Origin: Macrostomum lignano
Taxonomy: Eukaryota
Direction: 5' to 3'
Length of the DNA stretch: 19,341 bases
NCBI GenBank assembly: GCA_002269645.1
Contig: NIVC01001594.1
Location: 1 to 19,341 of the forward strand
The notes under the pieces were generated by a model, which was not told the origin of the DNA, ran no database searches, and saw only the letters and a program-made list of their open reading frames with translations. This document shows, in pieces, positions 10,657 through 19,341 of this stretch; within the stretch, counting starts at the first letter, position 1, and the number at the start of each line of letters is the position of its first letter. Position numbers and translations under genes: made by a program.

Positions 10657-11811
10657 GCGGGGTACCACCCGCTCGATGGGTAATCAACTTCGACCACGAC
10701 CTCCTCGATGGCCTGGTCCTGGCTGCTGTGATTGGCGCCCACTGCCCCTACCTGATTGACAGTCATCTGCGCGGCATGTACACCGCCCCAAGCACTCCTG
10801 AGCAGTGCCTGCACAACTCTCTCCGAGTGGTCAACGCTATGCGTTTTGTTGGACTGGACTTCGACGTTCAAGCGCTTGACTTGACCGCTCCGAATCCGGT
10901 TCTGCTGATGCTGCTGTGCGTGTACCTGTACCAGACCCTGCCGCAGTACATCATCAAATCCAACGTTGACTTCTCCGGCGGCCTGCATCAGACCTGTTCG
11001 CGTCAGGTGACCTTGGTGAACCCGGTGGCGAAAACGCCGGCCTACCGGGCAGCCCTGGCCGGCCGGGACGCCGCCGACTTCTCCCTGCCGAAAGGCGACC
11101 TCGTCTCGCTGCCTCCCAAAGGCCGGGTGCCCGTCAGCGTGGAGTTTCGCTCCCGATTCCTTCGGCCAGCCGAGGCCGTCCTGCTGCTCATCGGCCGACC
11201 GTCCGGGCCGCATCAGGGTTCTACCCAGGTGTTTCGCTTGGTAACCCAGGTGAATTCTATTCAACCAATCAGCACGGTTCAGGTGGCATCTCATTGCTAC
11301 GAGTTGAAGCCGGTCAGACTAAATGTCGTCAATCCGTTCAACTGCGAAGCCGTATTCGCGGTGTCACTTGTCGAAGGCGGCACCGACCAGCTGCTGCTAA
11401 ATGCGTGCGAAAAGCGTCAACAACAGCAGCAACAGCAACAGCAGCAGGAGAGGCAAATCGAAAGGAAAAAGTCCAAGCAAGGTCCACCGCCGCCGCGCAG
11501 CGTGGACACCAAAGGCGCCCAGAGCCGCCCCGAGCCGCCAGTTTCTATGAAATCGTTCTTCTGTCACGTGCCAGAAATTCGACTGGCGCCGCGCGGCAGC
11601 GCCGAGATCGACATGAACTTCCTGCCGTTCCAGGTGGACAAGAAGCAGTGCTCAGTGGTGCTGCGCAACCCCACCGTTGGCGAGTTCGTCTACGGAGTCG
11701 AGGCGGTGGCGGACCTGCCCGTGCCGACAAGAATTCCAATGGAGGAGGCCAACGCAACGCCGGGTGCGCCGCCGACAAAGACCGTTCGAATCAGCAGCGC
11801 TGTTGCAGCTA
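10657..11811 (+). CDS. CFAP47: CFAP47 internal exon H (CH domain plus following Ig-like domains)
   Basis: Acceptor cttcag|10657, donor 11811|gtgagt; phase 1 in, 1 out; RWVINFDHDLLDGLVLAAVIGAHCPYL..PNPVLLMLLCVYLYQTLPQY..FLPFQVDKKQCSVVLRNPTVGEFVY. Confidence 0.93.
11418..11447 (+). repeat. CAA/CAG trinucleotide repeat encoding Q10 in CFAP47 exon H
   Basis: caa caa cag cag caa cag caa cag cag cag, in the CFAP47 frame. Confidence 0.95.
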
Positions 11812-11952
11812 GTGAGTCTTTGTTTTCTGTTTCTCATAGTGGCACTATTGATAGTATAAAGCAGACAAAAATTTACAATATTGTCCGGTAATTTTTCTGA
11901 TAGGAATGATTGACACATACTCCTCTGTAGTACATTTTGTAGTACAGTTATC

Positions 11953-12124
11953 ATTGTGTTTTAATTTATTTGAATCTCCTTAAGTTTGTACGTTCACTGG
12001 TTGCTACTTTTAGTAGGGACTATTGTGTTTTAATTTATTTGAATCTCCTTAAGTTTGTACGTTCACTGGTAGCTACTTTTAGCTACTTTTAGTTCACTGG
12101 TTGCTACTTTTAGTAGGGACTATT
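11953..12124. repeat. Intronic 69-bp tandem duplication (two copies plus a partial third)
   Basis: ATTGTGTTTTAATTTATTTGAATCTCCTTAAGTTTGTACGTTCACTGGT at 11953 and 12022; TTCACTGGTTGCTACTTTTAGTAGGGACTATT recurs at ~12093-12124. Confidence 0.93.
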
Positions 12125-12282
12125 TCAGTTTATCAAATCACACAGTGAGTTAACAGGAATTATGATGGTAACTTTAATTTACGCATTTGTCAGTTTTCGG
12201 CTTCCTTACTCGCTGGATCAAACCTGCCTACCTCAAAAACAGTTAATTAGAGGTTTACCTTCCCGCAAACGCATTCTCGCAG

Positions 12283-12566
12283 GCCGCGGTCAGAGCAGCG
12301 TTGTACACGATCACTCCATCGTGTACTGGCGCACCGAAGCCAACAAGGAGGTCAAGGAGGTGCTAAAAATTCCTCTAATTAACGAATACAAAGAGAAAGC
12401 ACTGCTCCAGGCGGCACAGCAGCATCTCAGCCTCAAGGAGGTGCAACGGCGTCGAGTGACGGGCACGCTTGAGTCTGGAACCCTCGTGGAGAAGGCCATG
12501 GAAATGCTGAGCGCTGTTGGCGTTGATGGCAAGAAACTGGAGAAGACTAACAGCTCGATTGAAAGG
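12283..12566 (+). CDS. CFAP47: CFAP47 internal exon I
   Basis: Acceptor tcgcag|12283, donor 12566|gtattt; phase 1 in, 0 out; LKIPLINEYKEKALLQAAQQHLSLKEVQRRRVTGTLES. Confidence 0.88.
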
Positions 12567-12661
12567 GTATTTAGCAGTTCTTTTTCAGTATCTTAATACT
12601 GCTTTGTTACTCAAAATCTACTTTCGATGCATCTAAAATTAGCTTTTTTATTTATTTACAG

Positions 12662-12785
12662 CGCAAGTTCCAGTTCAGCAAGGAGACAATCGACTTTCAA
12701 GTGGAGCTGGACTCTCATCACTTCCGTGCTCCATCCGTGATCAGCATTCCGCATCCTAGGAGCACTGATAATTCGTTGAAGAAAG
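12662..12785 (+). CDS. CFAP47: CFAP47 internal exon J (short, absent from the ORF track)
   Basis: Acceptor tttacag|12662, donor 12785|gtaaat; 124 bp, phase 0 in, 1 out, exactly bridging exons I and K; RKFQFSKETIDFQVELDSHHFRAPSVISIPHPRSTDNSLKK. Confidence 0.82.
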
Positions 12786-12905
12786 GTAAATCTATTTATT
12801 GATCTATTTTACTGCCGGTGAATGCATAGCTGAATGCATGATCTTGAGTGGTATTTGATCGTCGAATGAGCCGATTTAGGGCAGTCTTGGTCCGGATAAG
12901 AATTA

Positions 12906-15609
12906 GGGTCGTTCTCAAAGTTTAGTCGTAAGCAGTGAAACAGATCATAAGCAGTGATATCTTTGAAATCAACCTGAACTTTGATGTTATAGCTCGATAA
13001 TCGCACGAAAATACCCTCAGAGACTACATCTTTCACGTGGTTTTGATGTTAATCTCATCAGAGTGCGCTATTTCATTTTTCGATAATAACGCACGAGTTA
13101 TAATACCCACTTTAGAGAAGCTACATTCGTTCACGTGGTCTTATTAAAGAAGAATTGATAAATGTCAATAACTTTGTTAGCACAACCTAGAACCCATTTA
13201 ACTCTTTGGATTGCAAAGCAGAGATTGCTACGATTTTTGCTAGAAACGTAACATTATGAATGATAAAAAAATCCACTTTTAATTAATTTGTTCTGTTGAT
13301 AGAATACGCTAATAGCTGCGTTTTCTGCTGTTTTTTAAGAAAGATAGTCATATCTAACACTAAAGTATCAATTAAGGCAGTTTCATTCTATATTAAGAAA
13401 GAAAAGTTAAATAAATTCAATTTTAAGTTTTTTTCAATAGCACAAAATTAACCTAACAAAGAGAGATTTCGCTGACTACAACAAAGCAAGTAGCACCAAA
13501 GTTATTTTAATTTAAAGTCCTCATCTGTGGGATGAGAAAAAGTACCACTTTTTTGTCTCTAGTTATGAAAAAAAAATTTCTCAGCACATTGTTAGGTTTT
13601 TTGGATGTTTTTTTATGTACGCTCGTAATTTAGATGAATTTTTGCTATTGATCACCCAATATGTTAGTCAGAACAAACAGAATTTGATTTATGTAGATAA
13701 AATTGACTTTTTTTCTCTTAAAAACAGTCGTTTTTTGTTGTTTTCACACAATTTTTTCAACTGATTTAAAATTTGTATTGTAAGTTACAAGTAAACATAA
13801 TGAGTCAAAACAAGAGTAGAAGAAAGTAGTAGAAAGTAGTAGTAGAAGAAAGAGAGTAGTAGAAACTGAAAAGAAAATAAGAGTAACGAATAATAAAAAA
13901 GTTGCATGATTTGATTAGTCAAGAAATAGTATTAAAAAAATTTTGTATCTGATTTATTATCAATGAAATTAGCTGTCTGAAGCACAAAAAATTAATTTCT
14001 TTGAAACATTAAATTCATTCTCATATGTTCTGCAATTCATTAAAGATATACATGTAGCAACTTAAACATTCAGTTGATACTTTCCACCTTTGGATGCATA
14101 TAGCTACTAACAAGAAAAAAGACAAAAGAAAAAACTTAATTGCCATTGATGCTGGCAATGTAATATTAAATATGGTACAGAAAGATGGAATCTCTACAGA
14201 GTGCTGCCACACGAATTTTTGAAGTGTTTAACAGATAAGTCATGGCAGTACCATAACAGACATACTATATTTTATATTACTCTTCGATTGACAATTACGC
14301 TTTAGATATGTTTTAGATGATGATTTTCCATTGGGACTGACTCTATATACCGAGGCCAGACACAGTTAAGTGCGGCTGACAGCACTGAAGCGGCGGTTAA
14401 CAGAGAATGCGATGAGCTGTGGCCTGTGGAGACAGCCAGCTGATGTACGAGCATCAGTAGAAGGGAAAGACATCCAATAGTGTCTTGCTATTGGTTTGTT
14501 ACATGTACAGCGAACATCTACTTTTATTCTAATGTGATCGATTTAATTCTACTGACCCAATTGGCTAAAGCACTGTAAACTGCACACCTCTCGGACGGAT
14601 ATGTAATGCCATTTGCTGCACTTTTACCTGTTTCTCTGCCAGAACACCAGCATCATTGTATGTGCCACAATGCTAAGATGTGCAGTGGTCCTTTGGGTGT
14701 GGTTAGTTCTGCAGGCATCGACGTAATTTATCAAATGAGACGAATTGTATACCGAGCATTACAGCTAGTGCAGGGCCAGAATCGATTACAGAGGTTCGCC
14801 AGAGCAATTGCAGTGATCCATGTGGCTGCCGAGTCAGACGTCTGTAATAGGCTAATTAACTTACCAAGACCAAAGTATTTAATTTAAATTTATAAGCTGT
14901 TCTTTTAGTAGTTATGCAGCCTAATTACATAAGAAAATAGTATAGTAAAATAGTAAAATAGTATTAAAGCTATGTTGCAGAATATAAATGCTTGCTGAAG
15001 TATTTTTTTTTAAAAACGCAAGTCTGTTCGAAAAAAGATACATGCATTTTAGGTTTTAAAAGAAATGGCTTCCTAGCTCGTTTACTATATATATTCTAAT
15101 TCAAAAAAACTTTTAATGCTTTAAAAGACATATTTTGCAAGCCTAATTTTTAGCTAAACCAGTTTTGTATATTTTAAGCTTCATATTTCGGTGTTTAAGT
15201 ACAATAATTAAGTTCTTGAGTGGTACAATATCAATTAATTCGGGTGTTTCTTGTTACGCGATAATTTTAAATACAAGCAATTTATACGAAAAAAACAAAA
15301 TGTTGATTTAAAAATAACATTTTCTATTGAAATAATACTTATTAAATAGTAAACATAGAATAAAAGATGTATCTAATTCATAAAAAAATAAAAGAAAACT
15401 TGCATTATTTCACAATTTTTGGTCGTTTTATTTTCCGTTGCGAAAAATAACAAATTGCTAGATTTCGTCTTAAATATTTGGTTTCTTGTGGTTTTAACGG
15501 CAGTTTTTTAATTAAATTGACGAAAGAATCGTTTTTGCAAAATAATTACTTTATTCAAAAACTTTTTTTTCTGTACCAAAACATCATGACCTTAATTTGA
15601 GAACTACCC
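12906..15609. mobile_element. Probable non-autonomous or decayed cut-and-paste DNA transposon, 2704 bp; superfamily not established (termini fit Sola2-type GRG..CYC with a 4-bp TSD)
   Basis: GGGTCGTTCTCAAA (12906-12919) is a 13/14 inverted match to TTTGAGAACTACCC (15596-15609); ATTA flanks both ends (12902-12905, 15610-15613); removing it leaves a ~230-bp intron like its neighbours. No transposase ORF recognised. Confidence 0.62.
13814..13865. repeat. Purine-rich low-complexity tract (AGT/AGAA mosaic)
   Basis: gagtagaagaaagtagtagaaagtagtagtagaagaaagagagtagtagaaa. Confidence 0.75.
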
Positions 15610-15720
15610 ATTATAAGAACACCCATACAGATCATTCAAGCTTGGCTTGTACTTCACTCTTCTGATAACTACGAACATTTGTTTATAAAACTCGATAATC
15701 CGTCCCTGAAATTCCCTCAG

Positions 15721-16350
15721 ACCCGACTGTCACAACTTTCGACCTGCCGTTGGAGTTTCGTCCGAAGCGACCGGGCGTCTACCCGGTGACGATTATCTTG
15801 AAAGCCAACGACGATGTCAGGCTATTCCGCGTCGAATGCATCGTCATTCCGGAGGGCTTCTCGGCCGAGCTGCAATTCGAAAGTCCCGTCAATCAAGCCG
15901 TCCTGCAGAACATTCCCGTGATCAACCAGACTAAGGACGATTGGCGGCTGAAAGCGGAGATGCACGGCGTCAACTTCCACGGGCCGGACTACCTGCTGGC
16001 CAAGGCGTACAAAACCACCAGCTATCCGTTGACGTTTAAGCCGACGCACGAAGGCGAAGCCACCGGTCGGCTGCTGCTAACTAATTTGGACGACGGCACT
16101 GAGCACTGCTACGTCCTTGGCGGCATCGGTCGCAAGCCGCTAGCGTTGGACCATCTGGTGTTCGACTGCCAGGTTGGAGAGTCAATCACCCGAGTGGTGC
16201 TGGTGCCAAACAATTCCAAGCGGAAGCTGCTCTATCAGGTGGAGAGCAATCTGTCATTTGTTGGCGGCAAGAAAGAAGTGACGGTACTGCCGGGAAGGCA
16301 GGTTGAGTACACAATCGTCATTGCGCCGAACAAGAGAGGCAAATTTGATG
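15721..16350 (+). CDS. CFAP47: CFAP47 internal exon K
   Basis: Acceptor cctcag|15721, donor 16350|gtaagt; phase 1 in, 1 out; DLPLEFRPKRPGVYP..QNIPVINQTKDDW..YPLTFKP..GIGRKPLALDH. Confidence 0.92.
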
Positions 16351-16397
16351 GTAAGTATGGTATATTTTTACCGTATCTATCAAAAGTGGAATAAATA

Positions 16398-16403
16398 TTT
16401 ATT
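16398..16403 (-). promoter_or_regulatory. Candidate AATAAA polyadenylation signal of the nested TRPV-like gene
   Basis: TTTATT on + at 16398-16403, ~245 bp downstream of the TAG at 16650-16648; positional fit only, in AT-rich sequence. Confidence 0.35.
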
Positions 16404-16647
16404 GCTGACACAGATGAAAAAATATTGGAGGTAACTAATTTTGTATACTAGTAAAAGACTATAATTGGAAAAATAAGACACTATAATAGAATGAATTCTA
16501 CCAAAACTTATAGTGCGTCAATGGTAAAAAATAAGAATTTCAGAAGGTTTCTATCCGTGATGTTATAAGTACAGTTTATCCGTCTACAACTATTCTTGAC
16601 TGCAAAATTACAAAAAATGAAAAGTTAAAAGAAAATCTACTGAACAC

Positions 16648-18521
16648 CTACAGAACCTCTTTGATGACTTTCATAGACTTGCTGTTTAGGTGCAACGGCA
16701 TGCACAGATAAATAACCAGACGAGATTCGCGACCTCGCAACCGATTCACTAGCTGGTAGAGCCAGAAGTAGCTGGTCTCGGCGTACTCGCAGAAGTTCAA
16801 CTTCAACAGGTACTTGGCTTCTACGTCGTTGTCCATGGTTTCGCTGACCACCGATGACAGCAGGCCGGTGACGAAGTTGATGAACAGAGTGGGCACGAGA
16901 AGAACGAAGAAGAAATGTGTCACCAGCAGGTCGACTCGATCCGGCTGTGGTAGGAAAAGCCCGGTGTCCAAGACGTTCAGCGTCAGCAGAAACGACTGGT
17001 AGAATGATTCGGCGAAGCTGAACCGTCTCGCGCCGGCCTGGGTACCGCCGCTGCAGTTACCTGAAGTCGAGTCGGTTGGCCATACGAAACGGCCAGAAGC
17101 TTGGAATAGTCGGGCAAAAATGCTTAATAGTAGTATGTAGCAGAGAAGGAAATTGGCGAACATTGAAAAGCTCTTATAGAAACTATTGATAAACTTGGAC
17201 ATGACCATTGCTAGGCGACTTAAGACCAGAACAGACAGAATGCTAGCCAAGACGTAAAAGAGCATGATGCAGCCCATGAAGCTGCGTAGTCTATCAGCTC
17301 CGATAGACTTGCATACCGCTTCCGGACTGATACCCAAAAAGATAATTACAATAGCCAAGATTGCGGATGTTACATAGGGAACCTGCCAGCGCAGTGCGCT
17401 ATTCAGGCCTGTCCGAAAAAAGGACGGGTAGTTATTTGATTGCCGGTACTTCAATTTTCGTCTCTCGCCCAGCACACTAATGACAGCCTGCCAGGTGCTT
17501 GCAAACAAACTGTAGCCAACGATCACCAGAAATCCTGTCGGTAATCGCTGTCCATTGCTATTGTTGCACCTCTCAACCATGTAGTCGCCAACCTCGTAGT
17601 CAAAAAAGATAAGCGTCAGGCTGCAGTGCAGAATCCTTTCAACGAAGTACACAACTAGGAGCCAGGTGTTGCGCCGGAACAGCGCATCAATCCATGGGGC
17701 GATTAGCAAAGGTCGGCGGAAAATACCGATGGTTTTGAGATTCGCTAGGTTGGTCTCTCCGTACAGATCGTTCATGATGGACAGCGCAGTGAGGCTTCTC
17801 GTCGGCGAGGTGCTAACAGAGAATGACAGGTCCACCTGAACATGCTCCATCACTCCGGCGACTTTGGCCTTACTGTCCAGAGTATGCGACAGGTACATTA
17901 ATTTCTCAACCACAAGAACTTTGCCGCGGAATACGCCCCAATCCAGCGGTCGCATGCCAATGCAGTTCATAGCATGAGACATTCGATCCACCTGGTCTGA
18001 CGTAAACAACTCGGCCAGAAAGAAGCGCATGTAATCCATCTCGTTGTTAAGAAGCTCCAGTGCGTCGACCGGCCAGAGGACGTCTAGTCCAAGGAAGAGG
18101 ACGTGATAGCCATTAAAATCGAACTCGGCGATTTCGGCAAGGTCCAAATCTGAAGCGAATGCTTAATCAGCTGGCAGCAGCGCCTTGCGTTAAACATGAT
18201 GGCCATCAGAAATACGTTGGTTGGGTACGGGTGAGTTCTCGGTACGACGAAGTTGCCAAACTGAGTGCGCCGATATTCTTGGCCGCAGTGACGCATCTTG
18301 CTTGTTGTGTCCCAGCTCTTCAGGAACTTGCGCCATGCATCAACTCCCAGCCGATCAGCGAAGCCGCGCAGAGCTGTATCGTCATCTGATAGCAGACACT
18401 TGATAAGAAGCGGCCACTGCCTCTCATTTACGAAGTTACTGATGTCGTTGTGAGCGTTCTCAGGCTTGGGCGTCCAGCTGCCAGTAGCTGAAGCTGGTCC
18501 TACCTGAAAGAAGTGCTTCAT
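16648..18521 (-). CDS. Divergent TRPV-like cation channel (ankyrin-like repeats plus 6-TM and pore), nested antisense in the CFAP47 intron 16351-19016; one frameshift near 18163; ~624 aa if repaired
   Basis: Joins ORFs 18084..18578 and 16648..18147. Features: ankyrin-like NCIGMRPLDWGVFRGKVLVVEKLM and DFNGYHVLFL; pre-S1 PWIDALFRRNTW; a run of hydrophobic helices; pore helix/filter FAESFYQSFLLTLNVLD; S6 FFFVLLVPTLFINFVTGLLSSVVSE resembling TRPV LLMLNLLIAMM. First ATG at 18521 (aaaATG); the true start is uncertain because a phase-0 acceptor (ctttcag|18503) is also present. Confidence 0.78.
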
Positions 18522-19016
18522 TTTCAAGCAATGGTGGGCCTGATTCTGTTCAGTCAGTTCTACCGGCAGATATCCCAATAAACTTAACCTTGCCTTCTAT
18601 GAGCTTTATTTGATTCCATTAGCTAGTTATTTGCTCATCAAGTTTATCCTTATTCAAACAGAGCGCTGCTACTTGCTAAGTTAACAAGATTATGAGCGAG
18701 AATTAATCCATGTAAATCTGCATATTGGTTGGTTACTTTATTTGAATTGTTAGCATTCAGCTATTCCAATGTAAAATATTGCTCCAGAGTGATCAACGAC
18801 AAACGACATTTTCGCTTTGGCACACTGAACAATGAGTTTAATGCAAGAGTAAATAGACTAGACATGTTGCCATGACTTTGCCAAAATGAAGCTCATTCAT
18901 TCCGCTCTTATTTTTACTGTCATTTTACTCTCAGCTCGGGACGTTTACATTTAGCAACCACTGGCATGTGATAAAACCTTCACTATCGCTAAAAACACTG
19001 TACCACTTGTCACCAG

Positions 19017-19341
19017 GCGTAATTGCTTTCGTAGCCGACAAGGACCGCCTAGTCGACTACGACTCCGATGGCGAAGAGCTGCCACCAGTCGACGACAATC
19101 CTAGCACTGAGCACCGAGTTTGGTACAGCATGGAGCTCAGCGTGGCTCCGGGAGAGCCAATGGGCCGTCTCAACGTCACATGCCCGTGCTATCGAACCTG
19201 CGAAGTGGAATTCACGTCAGGAATCCCCTGACCGACAAGGAGATCGAGTTGGACGCAGAAATTCGCGGCGAGTCCCTCAGCGGCGAAAAAGTGCTGCGTT
19301 TGGCGCGGCCGCAGGTGAGAGGCGTCGACACAGGGACTACT
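19017..19341 (+). CDS. CFAP47: CFAP47 internal exon L; apparent 1-bp deletion at 19209-19210; 3' end uncertain (possible donor at 19315, or runs off the window)
   Basis: Acceptor caccag|19017, phase 1; GVIAFV..RVWYSMELSVAPGEP..CEVE then, after a frame change, VRNPLTDKEIELDAEIRGESLSGEKVLRL. A candidate donor cag|gtgaga sits at 19314/19315. Confidence 0.8.

Larger units (their letters stand above)
2725..19341 (+). other. CFAP47: Partial multi-exon gene model: cilia- and flagella-associated protein 47 (5' and 3' ends outside the window)
   Basis: 12 exons join with GT-AG introns of 196, 151, 1680, 154, 608, 231, 242, 471, 95, 2935 and 2666 bp, with compatible phases. The translation is collinear with CFAP47 as I recall it: EVALTGTALP, IAFPNDRA, QRWFTNYGWP, SNVYTVNERILLAWLN, RWVINFDHDLLDGLVLA, EKALLQAAQQ..RRRVTGTLES, QNIPVINQT..W. 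Confidence 0.93.

Noticed and set aside
2690-12532. Numerous overlapping or antisense ORFs over the CFAP47 exons (e.g. 2690..2962, 3374..3712, 5686..6015, 8196..8546, 10653..11294, 11294..11812)
   Set aside because: Shadow ORFs expected from GC-rich coding sequence; no recognisable domains and they coincide with the exons.
12809-14887. ORFs 12809..13036, 14021..14212 and 14606..14887 as genes or transposase
   Set aside because: Short, with no recognisable motif such as a DDE/D triad or zinc finger, and no coherent splice model.
1-19341. rRNA, tRNA or other structured ncRNA genes
   Set aside because: No recognisable conserved rRNA segments, cloverleaf or snRNA motifs were seen; small intronic RNAs cannot be excluded without a covariance-model search.

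Overview
Eukaryotic (animal) genomic DNA, not prokaryotic. The + strand carries 12 internal coding exons (2725-~19314, about 7.2 kb, ~2,390 codons) of a CFAP47 orthologue, a large ciliary protein with ASH/Ig-like domains and a calponin-homology domain. All 11 introns are GT-AG and every splice phase is compatible, apart from two single-base frameshifts inside exons (~5890 and ~19210). The 5' and 3' ends of the gene lie outside the window. The introns hold the accessory material: a 36-bp tandem array (1-2592), a G/T-rich 21-bp minisatellite (~4062-5240), a 69-bp tandem duplication, a 2.7-kb probable non-autonomous DNA transposon (12906-15609; 14-bp TIRs with GGG/CCC ends, ATTA target-site duplication), and an apparently single-exon, divergent TRPV-like ion-channel gene nested antisense in the last complete intron (16648-18521, one frameshift at ~18163). 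The three frameshifts are all one-base losses in short homopolymers and are most likely long-read consensus errors. GC-rich exons, AT-rich introns and intronic minisatellites suggest a flatworm such as Macrostomum, but that is an impression only. Family assignments come from my recall of the protein families; no database search was run.
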